Origin: Nitrospinaceae bacterium
GTDB lineage: Bacteria > Nitrospinota > Nitrospinia > Nitrospinales > Nitrospinaceae
NCBI GenBank assembly: GCA_965237905.1
Contig: OZ250172.1
Location: 1,248,001 to 1,312,000, forward strand
Reading direction: 5' to 3'
DNA length: 64,000 nt
Below the pieces are notes generated by a model. The model had not been told where the DNA came from. It did not search any database and worked only from the letters and a program-made list of their open reading frames with translations. The position numbers and the translations under genes were made by a program. Numbering within the stretch: the stretch's first letter is position 1; each line of letters begins with the position of its first letter. This document shows, one piece after another, positions 29,681 to 39,576 of the stretch.

Positions 29681-29711
29681 TTGAGGCGGAAGCGCCGGGC
29701 TTCCGCCCCAA
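29681..29711 (-). terminator. Stem-loop downstream of nirK
   Basis: TTGAGGCGGAAGC / GCTTCCGCCCCAA 13-bp stem (one G-U on the minus strand); no clear U-tract. Confidence 0.4.
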
Positions 29712-29758
29712 GTCCTAATGAGATGATGTTAAGAAACCGTTCGAACCGTCGTGTTTGC

Positions 29759-30754
29759 TTAACGGACCCGGCGGACTACTTGCGGGTTTTTGGGGCCTTC
29801 CACGATCAGGTGTCCGATGGCTCCTTTGGCCACGCGAAAAATACTGTGGTCCACCAACAAATAGCTCCCAGGATAATCCACTTTGAATTCCACAATGGTG
29901 GCTCCGGCGGCAGGCACCAGGGTGGTTTGGATGTTTTTTTGGAGGTCGCCACCAATGCCGCCCTCTGCATAGACCCGATCGAAAATTTCCCCGATGATGT
30001 GAAACGACGAAACGCTGTTCGGACCGATATTGCCGAAATAAATTCTAACTTTCTCCCCTATTTTGGCTTTAAGAGCATTTTTGTCCAATAGCGCCCCGGC
30101 CTTGCCGTTAAACACCACGTAAGTGGGGTTTTCATCCAGGCCTCTTTGTATATCGAATTCCGCCGTCCCATTTTCAGGCTCAGTGGTAAAGAATTCGCTC
30201 TGCATCACGTAATATTCCCGGTCCACTTTGGGCAGGCCACCCTTCGGTTCTACCAGAATCAGACCATACATGCCGTTGGAAATATGATCCACAATCGAAC
30301 CGGCGGCGCAATGATACATATAAAGCCCCGGAGCCACGGCCGTGAACGCAAAGGTCTTCTTTTCGCCGGGGGCCACCGTACTCAAAGCCGCTCCCCCATG
30401 GGCGCCGTTGACCGCGTGAATATCGATGTTGTGGGATTGGGAATTACTCTTCGGATTGGACAAATGGATTTCAACCGTGTCGCCGACACGCACCCGCGCC
30501 ATCGGACCCGGAACCGTTCCGTTATAACTCCAGTAGCCGTACTTCACGCCATCGGATATTTCCGATACGTACTCTTTGGCTTGCAGTTTAACAACCACGG
30601 TAGTGGGCGCACTGCGTTTCAAAGGCGGCGGGACATTCGGAGCGGTGGTCAATGGAGCCGTCTCCCTGGCAAAACCGCTGGTGGCACTGAGAAGACCCAA
30701 CCCCATCAGCAAAACCAAAATATTCAAACTTTTTACTTTATGGAAAATACCCAT
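29759..30754 (-). CDS. nirK: Copper-containing nitrite reductase
   Basis: Signal peptide; HNIDIH, YHCA...DHISNGM, GPN..SSFHIIG and VDH carry the type-1 and type-2 Cu ligands and the catalytic Asp/His. Confidence 0.95.
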   Translation of the reverse strand: MGIFHKVKSLNILVLLMGLGLLSATSGFARETAPLTTAPNVPPPLKRSAPTTVVVKLQAKEYVSEISDGVKYGYWSYNGTVPGPMARVRVGDTVEIHLSNPKSNSQSHNIDIHAVNGAHGGAALSTVAPGEKKTFAFTAVAPGLYMYHCAAGSIVDHISNGMYGLILVEPKGGLPKVDREYYVMQSEFFTTEPENGTAEFDIQRGLDENPTYVVFNGKAGALLDKNALKAKIGEKVRIYFGNIGPNSVSSFHIIGEIFDRVYAEGGIGGDLQKNIQTTLVPAAGATIVEFKVDYPGSYLLVDHSIFRVAKGAIGHLIVEGPKNPQVVRRVR

Positions 30755-30792
30755 CGTTTTTCTCCTTAAAAAAGAAGCCTTCCTAATAAATA

Positions 30793-30896
30793 GATAAGAA
30801 GAGATTCTTATCGAGTCATCAATTTTAAAATCCTGTAAATAACTGATTTTAAATAGAAATTAGCTATATACTGATAAAAAGATATTTTTATCTTTT
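30793..30896. promoter_or_regulatory. Palindromic candidate operators in the nirK/Rrf2 spacer
   Basis: GATAAGAA-N4-TTCTTATC (30793-30812) and AAAAGATA-N4-TATCTTTT (30877-30896). Confidence 0.5.
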
Positions 30897-30970
30897 ATTT
30901 AAGACCACTATAGAGTATGATATTATAGATGTCAATATCTTTTTATCCTTTATTGGGACTCTAAAAAATT

Positions 30971-31399
30971 ATGATTTCTCAAACATCAGAATATGCGCTT
31001 CGGGCCGTGGTCAGTCTGGCCCAATCCCCGGAGCAACCGCATACCGCCACCGAGATCGCCAAATTGACCAAGGTGCCTGAACATTATCTTTCCAAAGTCT
31101 TGCAGGCGCTGGCCAAAGGCGGAATTGTGCATTCGCAAAGAGGATTGCATGGCGGATATGTGTTGGCCCACGCACCGGACCGGTTGCCCTTGCTGGACGT
31201 GATCAACGCCGTCGATCCCATCCGGCACATTGAAAGCTGTCCGTTAAAACTGGAAACTCACGGCACACACCTGTGCCCATTGCACAAAAAAGTCAACCGG
31301 TCGATCAGTCTCATTGAAGAACTGTTCAGAGGCTCGACGATAGGGACGATCCTGGCGGAACCGACCCAGAGCATACCGCTGGTTGAATCCAGCAGATAA
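30971..31399 (+). CDS. Rrf2-family transcriptional regulator (NsrR-like, Fe-S ligands)
   Basis: EYALRA, YLSKVLQ.L, S.RG..GGY, C-terminal CPL...HLCPLH; divergent from nirK. Confidence 0.9.
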   Translation: MISQTSEYALRAVVSLAQSPEQPHTATEIAKLTKVPEHYLSKVLQALAKGGIVHSQRGLHGGYVLAHAPDRLPLLDVINAVDPIRHIESCPLKLETHGTHLCPLHKKVNRSISLIEELFRGSTIGTILAEPTQSIPLVESSR

Positions 31400-31416
31400 T
31401 TTGGGGAAGGCGTACA

Positions 31417-31458
31417 AAAAATAAAAAAGAGCCGGCCCGGTTGGGCTGACTCAAAAAA
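31417..31458 (-). terminator. Rho-independent (likely bidirectional) terminator after tRNA-Asp
   Basis: GAGCCGGCCC/GGGCTGACTC stem flanked by A-runs, giving a U-tract on the minus strand. Confidence 0.6.
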
Positions 31459-31459
31459 G

Positions 31460-31536
<77 letters not shown>

Positions 31537-31623
31537 GCGGTCGTTTTGTTTGAGAGGGCATTTTCCCCCAAGCAGGTTTGTTTTGCAAGAAGACCATTAC
31601 ATATCTATAAAAGCAGAAGGAAG

Positions 31624-31653
31624 AATCCCCCCGACCCCCTTTACAAGGGGGAG
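31624..31653 (+). repeat. REP-like palindromic element AATCCCCCCGACCCCCTTTACAAGGGGGAG
   Basis: CCCCCTT-TAC-AAGGGGG hairpin with an AATCCCCCC leader; only one copy noticed in this window. Confidence 0.45.
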
Positions 31654-31779
31654 AAAAGCGAAATCCAACGACCCCTCCTTCGACAAGCCCTGAACAAGTT
31701 TTACAAGAGGGACATAAAACCGGGTCCAGCGTCACGCTGGCCGGGCGTTGCCCGGCCCCCTCCCCTTTACAGGAAAAAA

Positions 31780-31855
31780 TGGTGGGCTGAACAGGGCTCG
31801 AACCTGTGACCCTCGGCTTGTAAGGCCGATGCTCTCCCAACTGAGCTATCAGCCC
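31780..31855 (-). tRNA. tRNA-Val(TAC)
   Basis: Minus strand GGGCTGATAGCTCAGTTGGGAGAGCATCGGCCTTACAAGCCGA...GTTCGAG...CAGCCCACCA; anticodon TAC. Confidence 0.97.
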
Positions 31856-31899
31856 AAATTTTTCCTCTCGGGTCGGGAAACCCTTAAAAAGAAGGTTGA

Positions 31900-31929
31900 A
31901 GTATAGTAACCGCTCCCCATCCCTGTCAA
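31900..31929 (-). promoter_or_regulatory. Sigma70-type promoter of the tRNA-Val/tRNA-Asp operon
   Basis: Minus strand TTGACA-N18-TATACT about 45 nt upstream of tRNA-Val. Confidence 0.5.
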
Positions 31930-32233
31930 GGAGTTTAATTGTTAAACCCCTAGTTAGCGAAACTCACGTAAATAGAGGGCTTTACCACCTGCAAAAAGAT
32001 TGACACCTGCTGTAACACCCTTTAAAATATTTGTTTTGAAAGAGTTTTTTCTTCCCATCACATTCCAGCGGAGGGTCGATCCGTCCCAACCACCCATTTT
32101 GAGTGGAGTTGGCACGCCATCCCGCCATGGTTTTTGGTGAATTTCGCGGATCCACCGCAAGCGGGCACACTTTGAGTGGATCGGTGTTTATTTTTAAGAA
32201 TCGAACGATGTGGGCCCGAAATATTAATACTCT

Positions 32234-33655
32234 ATGTCCTCCAAAAATGCCCTCACAAATCTGATTGAACTGACCAGTAATGTGGCGGACGCTTTTACCA
32301 CCGCTCTCTACACGGTCGATCTTGAGCAGGGTACTTTAAAGTTACGTTCTCACCTGACCCTCAGCTCTCATTTAAAAACCGATGCGACGTTTGTCATTGG
32401 AGAAGGTTTATTGGGCCAGGCGGCTCTGCACAGGGATACCCGCATTGACGATTTTGCGGGAGCCGACGCCTCCCATCTGGAGTGGTATTCCGAACCAGAA
32501 GAGATCAAGGGTCTCATGATCATCCCCGTGATACGTCGTGAGCTGGAAGGGATTCTGGTCGTTGACTCCAAAGAAAATTACAGTTTTACTCCCAAGCTCC
32601 AGAAACTGATTGGTGGTTTTGCCGATCAGATGGGTTGGTACTTGAGCCTTGAGAAGAGAACCCCCAACTGGATCGACGGCGAACCCGCCGACTTTCAGCA
32701 GATGATGAAATGGTGCCGGTTTCTCAGTGATTCTCCGCACCGCAAAGCACTCAGCGAACGGTTTTTAAATATCCCGCGTTCCCTGATTCAGTGCGACGCC
32801 ACCGCAGTCGTCTGGTTTGAAAGCGATGGCACCGGGCGGATCACTCACAGCAAAAACTGGGGCCAGGGCCTGAAGTCCCTGACCGTCGAGTCCGGGACTG
32901 GAATCTGCGGGTCCTGCCTGGACAGTGGTCAACCCATGCTGATTCCCAACACGCTGAACCATCCGTGGATTGTCTTTTCCGAGGACGAACCTTCGGTACC
33001 CTTCGGATCGGTGATGGCCGCCCCCATCGCCAACGAAAAACGAATGCTGGGCCTGGTGGTCTGCGCCGCGCGCGCGCGCAACGGCCTGAAACAACCGGAC
33101 ATGGATCGATTAACACTCATGACCAACTTTGCCGCTTCCGCACTGGACCTTAAGAACGCTGCACCGCGATCCGAGCTTATTTTGGACCGGAGTGAACAAA
33201 CGTCACACTCTTCTCAGCATTTTTTACCCGTGCACGTGAAAGCCTTCGAAGCCGAGATCATTAAGAACGACAGCCCGGTATCGGTCATGTCCATTCGCAT
33301 TGCAAATGCAGGCACTCTTTTCAAAACAAGACGTCAGGAAAGGTCCGATCTCCTTCTGGACCAAATCGCCACATACCTGTCGGGCAAGATCGATTCTCTG
33401 AAAACGTTCATGAGACATTCTGATGAAGGATTGGTTCTAATACTCACAGGCCTCAACGAACAAGAAATCTACGAACTTGAATATTCCGTCCGGGAAGCCT
33501 TATCCCGGATTTCCTTTAACCTGGAAGGGATCAAGATGGAGCTGGAGTTCGATTACGGACTGGCTTCCTTTCCCGCTGATGGAAACGACTTAAAAGAATT
33601 GATTAAAACCTCCTGGGCCAGAACTACTCAATCCGAAGAGAGCGTCCATGGCTAA
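32234..33655 (+). CDS. Tandem-GAF protein with a degenerate GGDEF-like C-terminal domain
   Basis: Two GAF-like segments (GEGLLG..., GTGICG...); C-terminal region with RHSDEGL in place of GGDEF and YGLASFP.DG. Confidence 0.7.
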   Translation: MSSKNALTNLIELTSNVADAFTTALYTVDLEQGTLKLRSHLTLSSHLKTDATFVIGEGLLGQAALHRDTRIDDFAGADASHLEWYSEPEEIKGLMIIPVIRRELEGILVVDSKENYSFTPKLQKLIGGFADQMGWYLSLEKRTPNWIDGEPADFQQMMKWCRFLSDSPHRKALSERFLNIPRSLIQCDATAVVWFESDGTGRITHSKNWGQGLKSLTVESGTGICGSCLDSGQPMLIPNTLNHPWIVFSEDEPSVPFGSVMAAPIANEKRMLGLVVCAARARNGLKQPDMDRLTLMTNFAASALDLKNAAPRSELILDRSEQTSHSSQHFLPVHVKAFEAEIIKNDSPVSVMSIRIANAGTLFKTRRQERSDLLLDQIATYLSGKIDSLKTFMRHSDEGLVLILTGLNEQEIYELEYSVREALSRISFNLEGIKMELEFDYGLASFPADGNDLKELIKTSWARTTQSEESVHG

Positions 33656-34688
33656 GAATTTTCTCAAAAACCTTTCCGAGTATTTCGTATCCGATGTAGC
33701 CATGGACCTGGGCACCGCCAACACGCTGGTCTATATCAAAAATCAGGGGATTGTCCTGAACGAACCTTCTGTGGTGGCGATCAGTACCAATGGCAACGGG
33801 TATGGGGATCCAGTAGCCGTGGGCTTGGAAGCCAAGCAAATGTACGGCCGGACCCACAATAAACTGAAAACTATTCGGCCTATGAAAGACGGGGTGATCG
33901 CCGACTTCGAGATCACCAATACGATGATCAAATACTTCATTCGGAAAACTCTCAAGAACTTCCGGTTCAAACCTCGGATGGTCGTGGGTATTCCCACCTG
34001 CATCACCCAGGTGGAGAAGAAGGCTGTTATCGATGCAGCCACCCTGGCAGGCGTCCGGGCAGTTTATCTGGTGGAGGAACCGATGGCTGCGGCAATCGGT
34101 GTCGGCATTCCGGTCCATAAAGCGGAAGGCAACATGGTGATTGATATCGGCGGAGGAACCACGGACGTGGCAGTCACCTCCCTGTCGGCCATCGCTTATG
34201 GCGAGTCCATACGGGTCGCCGGTGACGAGCTCGACGAATCAATTTTGCGGTACATGCGATTACAACATCATTTAAATATCGGGATTTTCGAAGCCGAGCG
34301 GGTCAAAATCCAGATCGGAAGCGCTTACCCGGTGCAACCTGCACTCACCACTGAAGTTCGCGGGTTGAATGTTAAAACCGGAGTCCCCACTTCCATCGTC
34401 ATCAACGACGAGGAAATCCGCGAAGCCATGAGAGAACCGATTTCCGCCATCATCACCGTGTTAATGCGGGCTCTGGAAAAAACCCCGCCGGAGCTTTCGG
34501 CAGACATCTACTCCAATGGCATCTACCTCACCGGCGGCGGCGCCTTGATCCGCGGCCTCGACAAGCTGATCGAAGAAACCACCAACCTCAAGACCTTCGT
34601 TCCCGACGAACCCCTGCTCAGCATCGTCAAGGGCGCGGGGATGGTCCTCGACAACTTCGATACCATGAGAAAAGTTTGCATCAACTGA
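33648..34688 (+). CDS. mreB: MreB/Mbl actin-like protein
   Basis: DLGTANT, EPSVVA, RPMKDGVIADF, EEPMAAAIG, DIGGGTT, LTGGGAL. Confidence 0.93.
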   Translation: MAKNFLKNLSEYFVSDVAMDLGTANTLVYIKNQGIVLNEPSVVAISTNGNGYGDPVAVGLEAKQMYGRTHNKLKTIRPMKDGVIADFEITNTMIKYFIRKTLKNFRFKPRMVVGIPTCITQVEKKAVIDAATLAGVRAVYLVEEPMAAAIGVGIPVHKAEGNMVIDIGGGTTDVAVTSLSAIAYGESIRVAGDELDESILRYMRLQHHLNIGIFEAERVKIQIGSAYPVQPALTTEVRGLNVKTGVPTSIVINDEEIREAMREPISAIITVLMRALEKTPPELSADIYSNGIYLTGGGALIRGLDKLIEETTNLKTFVPDEPLLSIVKGAGMVLDNFDTMRKVCIN

Positions 34689-34750
34689 TCCCCTTTGGTG
34701 TACAATGCGCCCTCTTGCAGTAGGCATTAACGGACGCACACACCGGGACC

Positions 34751-35101
34751 ATGAAACAAACCGTCGTCTCTAAAAACTCCCAAACGACTCCATGCTCCGA
34801 ATGCGGAGCTGAAATTTTCCAACTCCCCACGGTCGTTGAATTTGACCGTCAGGAGATTCACGTATTCGATCCGACGTTTTGCGCCTCTTGCCTGCTGTCA
34901 CTCTGCGAGCGGTATTCGGTGGAATGCGCCAATTGCGGAGGCAAAATTCCCCCCTATTCCCAAGTCGGCGTTCTGAAAACGGAAACCGGGGCTTCTCAGT
35001 TCGTTCACATGACCACTGTCTGCTCAACGGTGGGAAGTGCGTTTCACGGATATTGGGGAAAAGGCGCTTTGGGCAATTATGTGCAGGTGGAAGCATGCTA
35101 G
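34751..35101 (+). CDS. Cys-rich hypothetical protein (probable Zn-binding)
   Basis: CSEC, CASC, CANC pairs; overlaps the next gene. Confidence 0.6.
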   Translation: MKQTVVSKNSQTTPCSECGAEIFQLPTVVEFDRQEIHVFDPTFCASCLLSLCERYSVECANCGGKIPPYSQVGVLKTETGASQFVHMTTVCSTVGSAFHGYWGKGALGNYVQVEAC

Positions 35102-35394
35102 AAATCAATTTTGAAAATCACAATCGAACCCTGAAGGTGGAACCCGGAACCAACCTCCGAGAGGCGGCCATCGCGGGCAAGCTCGGCATCTATGCCCATG
35201 TTTTTAAGCTGTTGAACTGCCGGGGCCGGGGTCTGTGCGCCTCCTGCCGGGTAGAAATCGTCTCCGGCCAGGTGGCGGAGCGCAACGAGGTGGAGAACAA
35301 AAACCTGGCCCGCGCCCTGAAGAAAAATCCCAACCTGCGCCTGGGTTGCCAGATTACCGTGGAGGATAATCTGGTGGTACGCACCCACGTTTGA
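35095..35394 (+). CDS. [2Fe-2S] ferredoxin
   Basis: CRGRGLCASC...RLGCQ; start set at ATG 35095 (MLEINF). Confidence 0.88.
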   Translation: MLEINFENHNRTLKVEPGTNLREAAIAGKLGIYAHVFKLLNCRGRGLCASCRVEIVSGQVAERNEVENKNLARALKKNPNLRLGCQITVEDNLVVRTHV

Positions 35395-35521
35395 TCCCGC
35401 TGGAATATTCAATAGACAATGAGTTACAAGAGGTTATCGTTCATTCCCAGCGGTGGGCAGACAATCTTTAGAAACCCGTTGACAAACCTGCCCTCCGCGT
35501 TTCAAAATAGACCCGAATCCA

Positions 35522-35980
35522 ATGATTTCCTTGGCTGACGACAAATTGGTGGAAGCGCGGGAACACGCTGTGGCGGAGTACCCTGACGAATGTTGCGGGA
35601 TCGTGATTGGCAAGCCGGATCATCCGGAAAACGATCAGATTTTTCGTTGCACGAATATTCAAAATCAGTTGCACGAGCAGGACCCCAAAACCTACGTACG
35701 GGACGCACGTACCGCTTACTACATCGACCCTCGGGAACTGATGAGGATCATGAAACAGGCGGAAGAGCAGGACTTGGTGATCAAACTGTTTTATCATTCG
35801 CATCCGGAGCACGACGCGTATTTTTCGGAGGAGGATAAGCGGATGGCCCTGTTCGACAACGAACCGACCTATCCGGATGCCCGTTATCTGGTCATCTCGG
35901 TGTATAATAAGGAAATTAGGGATCAGGCGTTTTTTGAATGGAGTCCTGAAACCCTGACGTTTGAAAAAGTTCATTTATAG
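35522..35980 (+). CDS. JAB/MPN (M67) metalloprotease, Mec-like
   Basis: YPDECCG and YHSHP....YFS.ED JAMM motif. Confidence 0.9.
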   Translation: MISLADDKLVEAREHAVAEYPDECCGIVIGKPDHPENDQIFRCTNIQNQLHEQDPKTYVRDARTAYYIDPRELMRIMKQAEEQDLVIKLFYHSHPEHDAYFSEEDKRMALFDNEPTYPDARYLVISVYNKEIRDQAFFEWSPETLTFEKVHL

Positions 35981-36009
35981 CCCATAAAACAGGGACCCTG
36001 TTTTATTGA

Positions 36010-36270
<261 letters not shown>

Positions 36271-36311
36271 TATTTTAACAACGTATTGAGGGGCTTACTG
36301 TGGTGGATGAA

Positions 36312-36533
36312 ATGAAAGAGGAAGTGGAATCGGTCCTCGAAACCCTCCGCCCACAACTCATGCAGGATGGCGGCAACGTCGAGTTGGTGGATATTGATGA
36401 CGGGATAGTCAAGTTGCGCTTGGTTGGCTCTTGCAGTTCCTGTTCCAGTTCTACCATGACCCTTAAAATGGGTATCGAACGTGCGCTGAAAAAAGCCATC
36501 CCAATGGTCCGGTGTATCGAATCAGTTGAATAG
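36312..36533 (+). CDS. NifU C-terminal domain (NfuA-like) Fe-S carrier
   Basis: [25 protein letters not shown]; start 36300 or 36312. Confidence 0.88.
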   Translation: MKEEVESVLETLRPQLMQDGGNVELVDIDDGIVKLRLVGSCSSCSSSTMTLKMGIERALKKAIPMVRCIESVE

Positions 36534-36591
36534 CCCGGCCCATGAAATTGCAGTTTTTAATTTCATGAATCGCATTGAACCCTGAAGCCCC

Positions 36592-37194
36592 ATGCCTACC
36601 CAGCTGAATCGCACATCCATCCGAACCTCATTGGGCCCGAAAATTCTTTTTTGGATTTGGGTCATAGCTCTGATGCTGGCCGCCCCGTCCTTTGCCGGCG
36701 AAGATATTCCGGTCGACGCGCCCCAATTTTCCCTGCCATCGCTCGACGGCCGTAAATTGACGCTGAACGAGTATCAGGGAAAATATCTGCTGGTCAATTT
36801 CTGGGCCACTTGGTGCGGACCCTGTAAAATAGAAATGCCGTCACTGGAGTCGCTGTACCGGAAATTCAAAAAACGCAACCTCTCGGTGATCGCCGTTTCC
36901 AACGATATTTTCGGGGCACAGGTGGTGGAACCTTATATTCAGGCACAGAATTTTACCTTCCCCGTCGGGCTGGATCCGAAACTGAACGTCAGCAACCAGT
37001 TTGGCGTGATCAGCCTGCCCACAACATTTTTGATCGACCCCCAAGGCAAAATCATCGGCGTTTTAAATGGCGCGGAAAACTGGGTGGACCCCAAAACCCT
37101 TCTCTATTTTGATCAACTGCTCGCAACCTCCGAGAAAGCCGCGGAAACACCGTCATCCTCTCCATGCAAAAACAATCAAAAAACACCGTGCTGA
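36592..37194 (+). CDS. TlpA/ResA-family thiol-disulfide oxidoreductase
   Basis: Signal/TM, NFWATWCGPC..EMP, LPTTFLID. Confidence 0.92.
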   Translation: MPTQLNRTSIRTSLGPKILFWIWVIALMLAAPSFAGEDIPVDAPQFSLPSLDGRKLTLNEYQGKYLLVNFWATWCGPCKIEMPSLESLYRKFKKRNLSVIAVSNDIFGAQVVEPYIQAQNFTFPVGLDPKLNVSNQFGVISLPTTFLIDPQGKIIGVLNGAENWVDPKTLLYFDQLLATSEKAAETPSSSPCKNNQKTPC

Positions 37195-39014
37195 AAATTT
37201 TAAGGACGCTGGTCCTGGCAGCCCTCGTTGCGTGCGGCGCCCCACTGCTCTCCTGGGCTCACGACTATCCACCGGACAGTCTACTGGAAGGGGATATGGT
37301 GTTCATTCCCGCGGGGCAGTTCGTTTTCGGAACCAACCAGACAGACAAATCCGAACTGGGCGCTTCCATGGGAATTCCCAAACCCCTGTACCAGGACGCC
37401 CACCCCGAACAGAAACCGTTTCTCAAGGGATTTTACATCGACCGGCTTGAAGTGACGAATCGCCGGTACCAGAAATTTCTGGAAAACCTCCCCACCTATC
37501 CCGAATACAAAATCATGATCGAAAAGCTCGGTTATTACGCGCCGCCCAAGGATTGGCAAAAAACCCAATTTCCCGAAGGCCTGGGCGATCACCCGGTGGT
37601 CTGGGTGACTTGGTTCGACGCCGCCAACTTTTGCCAATGGGCGGGCAAGCGCCTGCCCACCGAAAAGGAATGGGAACGGGCCGCGCGCGGCACCAAAGGA
37701 CAAGCCTACCCCTGGGGAAATGCGTTTGAACGCGGTCGTGCCAACCTTCCCAACAAAATAGGCTCCAAAGTCCCGCTGTCCAAAGTCGGCACTTTCCCCA
37801 AGGGAGCCAGTCCCGAAGGCGTAGAGGATTTGATCGGCAATGCCTGGGAATGGAACGACGGGGACTATGTTTCCTATCCCAACAACACATTCCAGTTCGA
37901 CGACTTCAACCAGGATTACAAAGTGATCCGGGGAACCTCCGTTTCCGATATCGGGCATTTCCCCGGTGAATCCTATTCCCAAGTACTGAAAGAGTTTGCG
38001 CGGGCCGGATACCGCCAGTATGCCGATCCCGATCAGGGGGCGTCGGATGTCGGGTTCCGCTGTGTCAGCAGTAACGCTCCGAAAGGGTTTCAAGAGGACC
38101 CCGCTTCACCCAATACCCAGGCGCAAAACAACCCGTCCTCACAGCCGGCCCCCAGTGGCGGTTTGTTCGGTGGATCTACGGGAACTTCGGAGTCGGCTCC
38201 CGATGCCTCACCCAAGGCTTCATTCAATCCTTTCGAACCGGAATCCACACTTCCAAAATCCGGGATACTGGTATTGTCCCTGATTTCGTTACTAGCCGGT
38301 CTGTTCAGTTTTCTATCTCCCTGCACCTTACCCATCCTCCCGGCCTACTTCGCGATTACCGCCCAGACCAGCCGGGGGCGGATGACGCTCAACTCCATCG
38401 CCTTTTTTTGCGGATTGGCATCCCTGTTTGTGATGATGGGGGCGTCTGCCAGCGTCTTCGGAAGCATTCTGCGCGATTACCTGGATTCCCTGACCTTCTG
38501 GGGCGGCATACTTATTATTATTTTCGGCGCCATGACTTTAGCCGGCAAGGGATTTTCAGGAGCTACATTCAAAAGCGCACCCGCGGCAACCCTGGCAGGA
38601 TATTTTCTGTTTGGAGCCACGTTCGCCATGGGCTGGACCCCCTGCGTAGGGCCGGTGTTGGCCGGAATTCTGCTCTTGGCGGGATCAGACAAAACCATCC
38701 TGCAGGGCATGACCCTGCTGTTCTTTTATGCCGTAGGGCTGGGATCACCCTTGATCCTGATCGCATCGGTGTGTAGTCACCTTCCAAAAGACGGCTGGTT
38801 CTGGCGGCTGTTGCGCGGCAAGGCTTGGGACATCAAAATCGGCAAGCGGTCCTTTCTTCTTCATACCACCAATCTATTCAGTGGATTATTACTGATATTT
38901 CTCGGGATCGCTCTCGCCCAGGGATATCTGACTTACTTCAACAACCTCCTTCCTATAGAGCTCCAAATCTGGTTCAGCGGGTTCGAGGAAAAAGTCATGC
39001 ACTGGTTCGATTGA
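37164..39014 (+). CDS. FGE/SUMF1-like domain fused to a CcdA/DsbD transmembrane domain
   Basis: EVTN, HPVVWVTW.DA..FC.WAGKRLPTE.EWE.AARG, GNAWEW, GFRC; Pro/Ser linker; SFLSPCTLP and GWTPCVGP CcdA cysteines. Confidence 0.88.
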   Translation: MQKQSKNTVLKILRTLVLAALVACGAPLLSWAHDYPPDSLLEGDMVFIPAGQFVFGTNQTDKSELGASMGIPKPLYQDAHPEQKPFLKGFYIDRLEVTNRRYQKFLENLPTYPEYKIMIEKLGYYAPPKDWQKTQFPEGLGDHPVVWVTWFDAANFCQWAGKRLPTEKEWERAARGTKGQAYPWGNAFERGRANLPNKIGSKVPLSKVGTFPKGASPEGVEDLIGNAWEWNDGDYVSYPNNTFQFDDFNQDYKVIRGTSVSDIGHFPGESYSQVLKEFARAGYRQYADPDQGASDVGFRCVSSNAPKGFQEDPASPNTQAQNNPSSQPAPSGGLFGGSTGTSESAPDASPKASFNPFEPESTLPKSGILVLSLISLLAGLFSFLSPCTLPILPAYFAITAQTSRGRMTLNSIAFFCGLASLFVMMGASASVFGSILRDYLDSLTFWGGILIIIFGAMTLAGKGFSGATFKSAPAATLAGYFLFGATFAMGWTPCVGPVLAGILLLAGSDKTILQGMTLLFFYAVGLGSPLILIASVCSHLPKDGWFWRLLRGKAWDIKIGKRSFLLHTTNLFSGLLLIFLGIALAQGYLTYFNNLLPIELQIWFSGFEEKVMHWFD

Positions 39015-39096
39015 TTTCCCCCTTTGCAAATCGGAATAGGTTTCTGATAGAATCGGGCCGCAGATCAATTGGTAATCTCAACATCAGGAACCAACT

Positions 39097-39576
39097 ATGA
39101 GCAAATGGATCGTTATCGGCTTGGCCTTGGTTATGGTTCTGGGTGCCTGCACGGGAACCCAGAGCGTAACGCACAAACGGTGGGGAAAAGACCTGAATAG
39201 GGTTTATCTGCACGATATCACGGTCAAAAACGATTCCCTGCAGGAGGCCGGGTCCCGGCTCCGCCTGGCTTTGGAGAGGCGATTGGATGACTCCCTCTTT
39301 ATTGTGGGGGAAGAACCCAAGGAAACCAAATATGAGCTGAAATACAAAATCATCCGGTTTGAAGAGGGCAATCGGTTGAAGCGGCTGGCCACTTTCGGAA
39401 TCGACGAGGGGTCCCGGGCACTGTTGAATGTCAAAATCGCTTTGATCGGGAAAGAAGGCATACTGGGAGCGTGGCAGGTGAAAACCTGGGTCAAAGGCGG
39501 CCTCGCAGGAGGATCCGAAGACACGCTCTTCTCGCAGGCGGCCGAACAAATCCTACAACATTTGAAAGGTTATTAG
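39097..39576 (+). CDS. Lipoprotein, DUF4410-like
   Basis: Lipobox LGAC; EEGNR..R...FG...G motif. Confidence 0.6.
   Translation: MSKWIVIGLALVMVLGACTGTQSVTHKRWGKDLNRVYLHDITVKNDSLQEAGSRLRLALERRLDDSLFIVGEEPKETKYELKYKIIRFEEGNRLKRLATFGIDEGSRALLNVKIALIGKEGILGAWQVKTWVKGGLAGGSEDTLFSQAAEQILQHLKGY

Noticed and set aside
32086..32182. Weak hairpins and a repeated TTTGAGTGGA (32098, 32171) upstream of the GAF gene
   Set aside because: Short and imperfect; no riboswitch consensus; could be chance.
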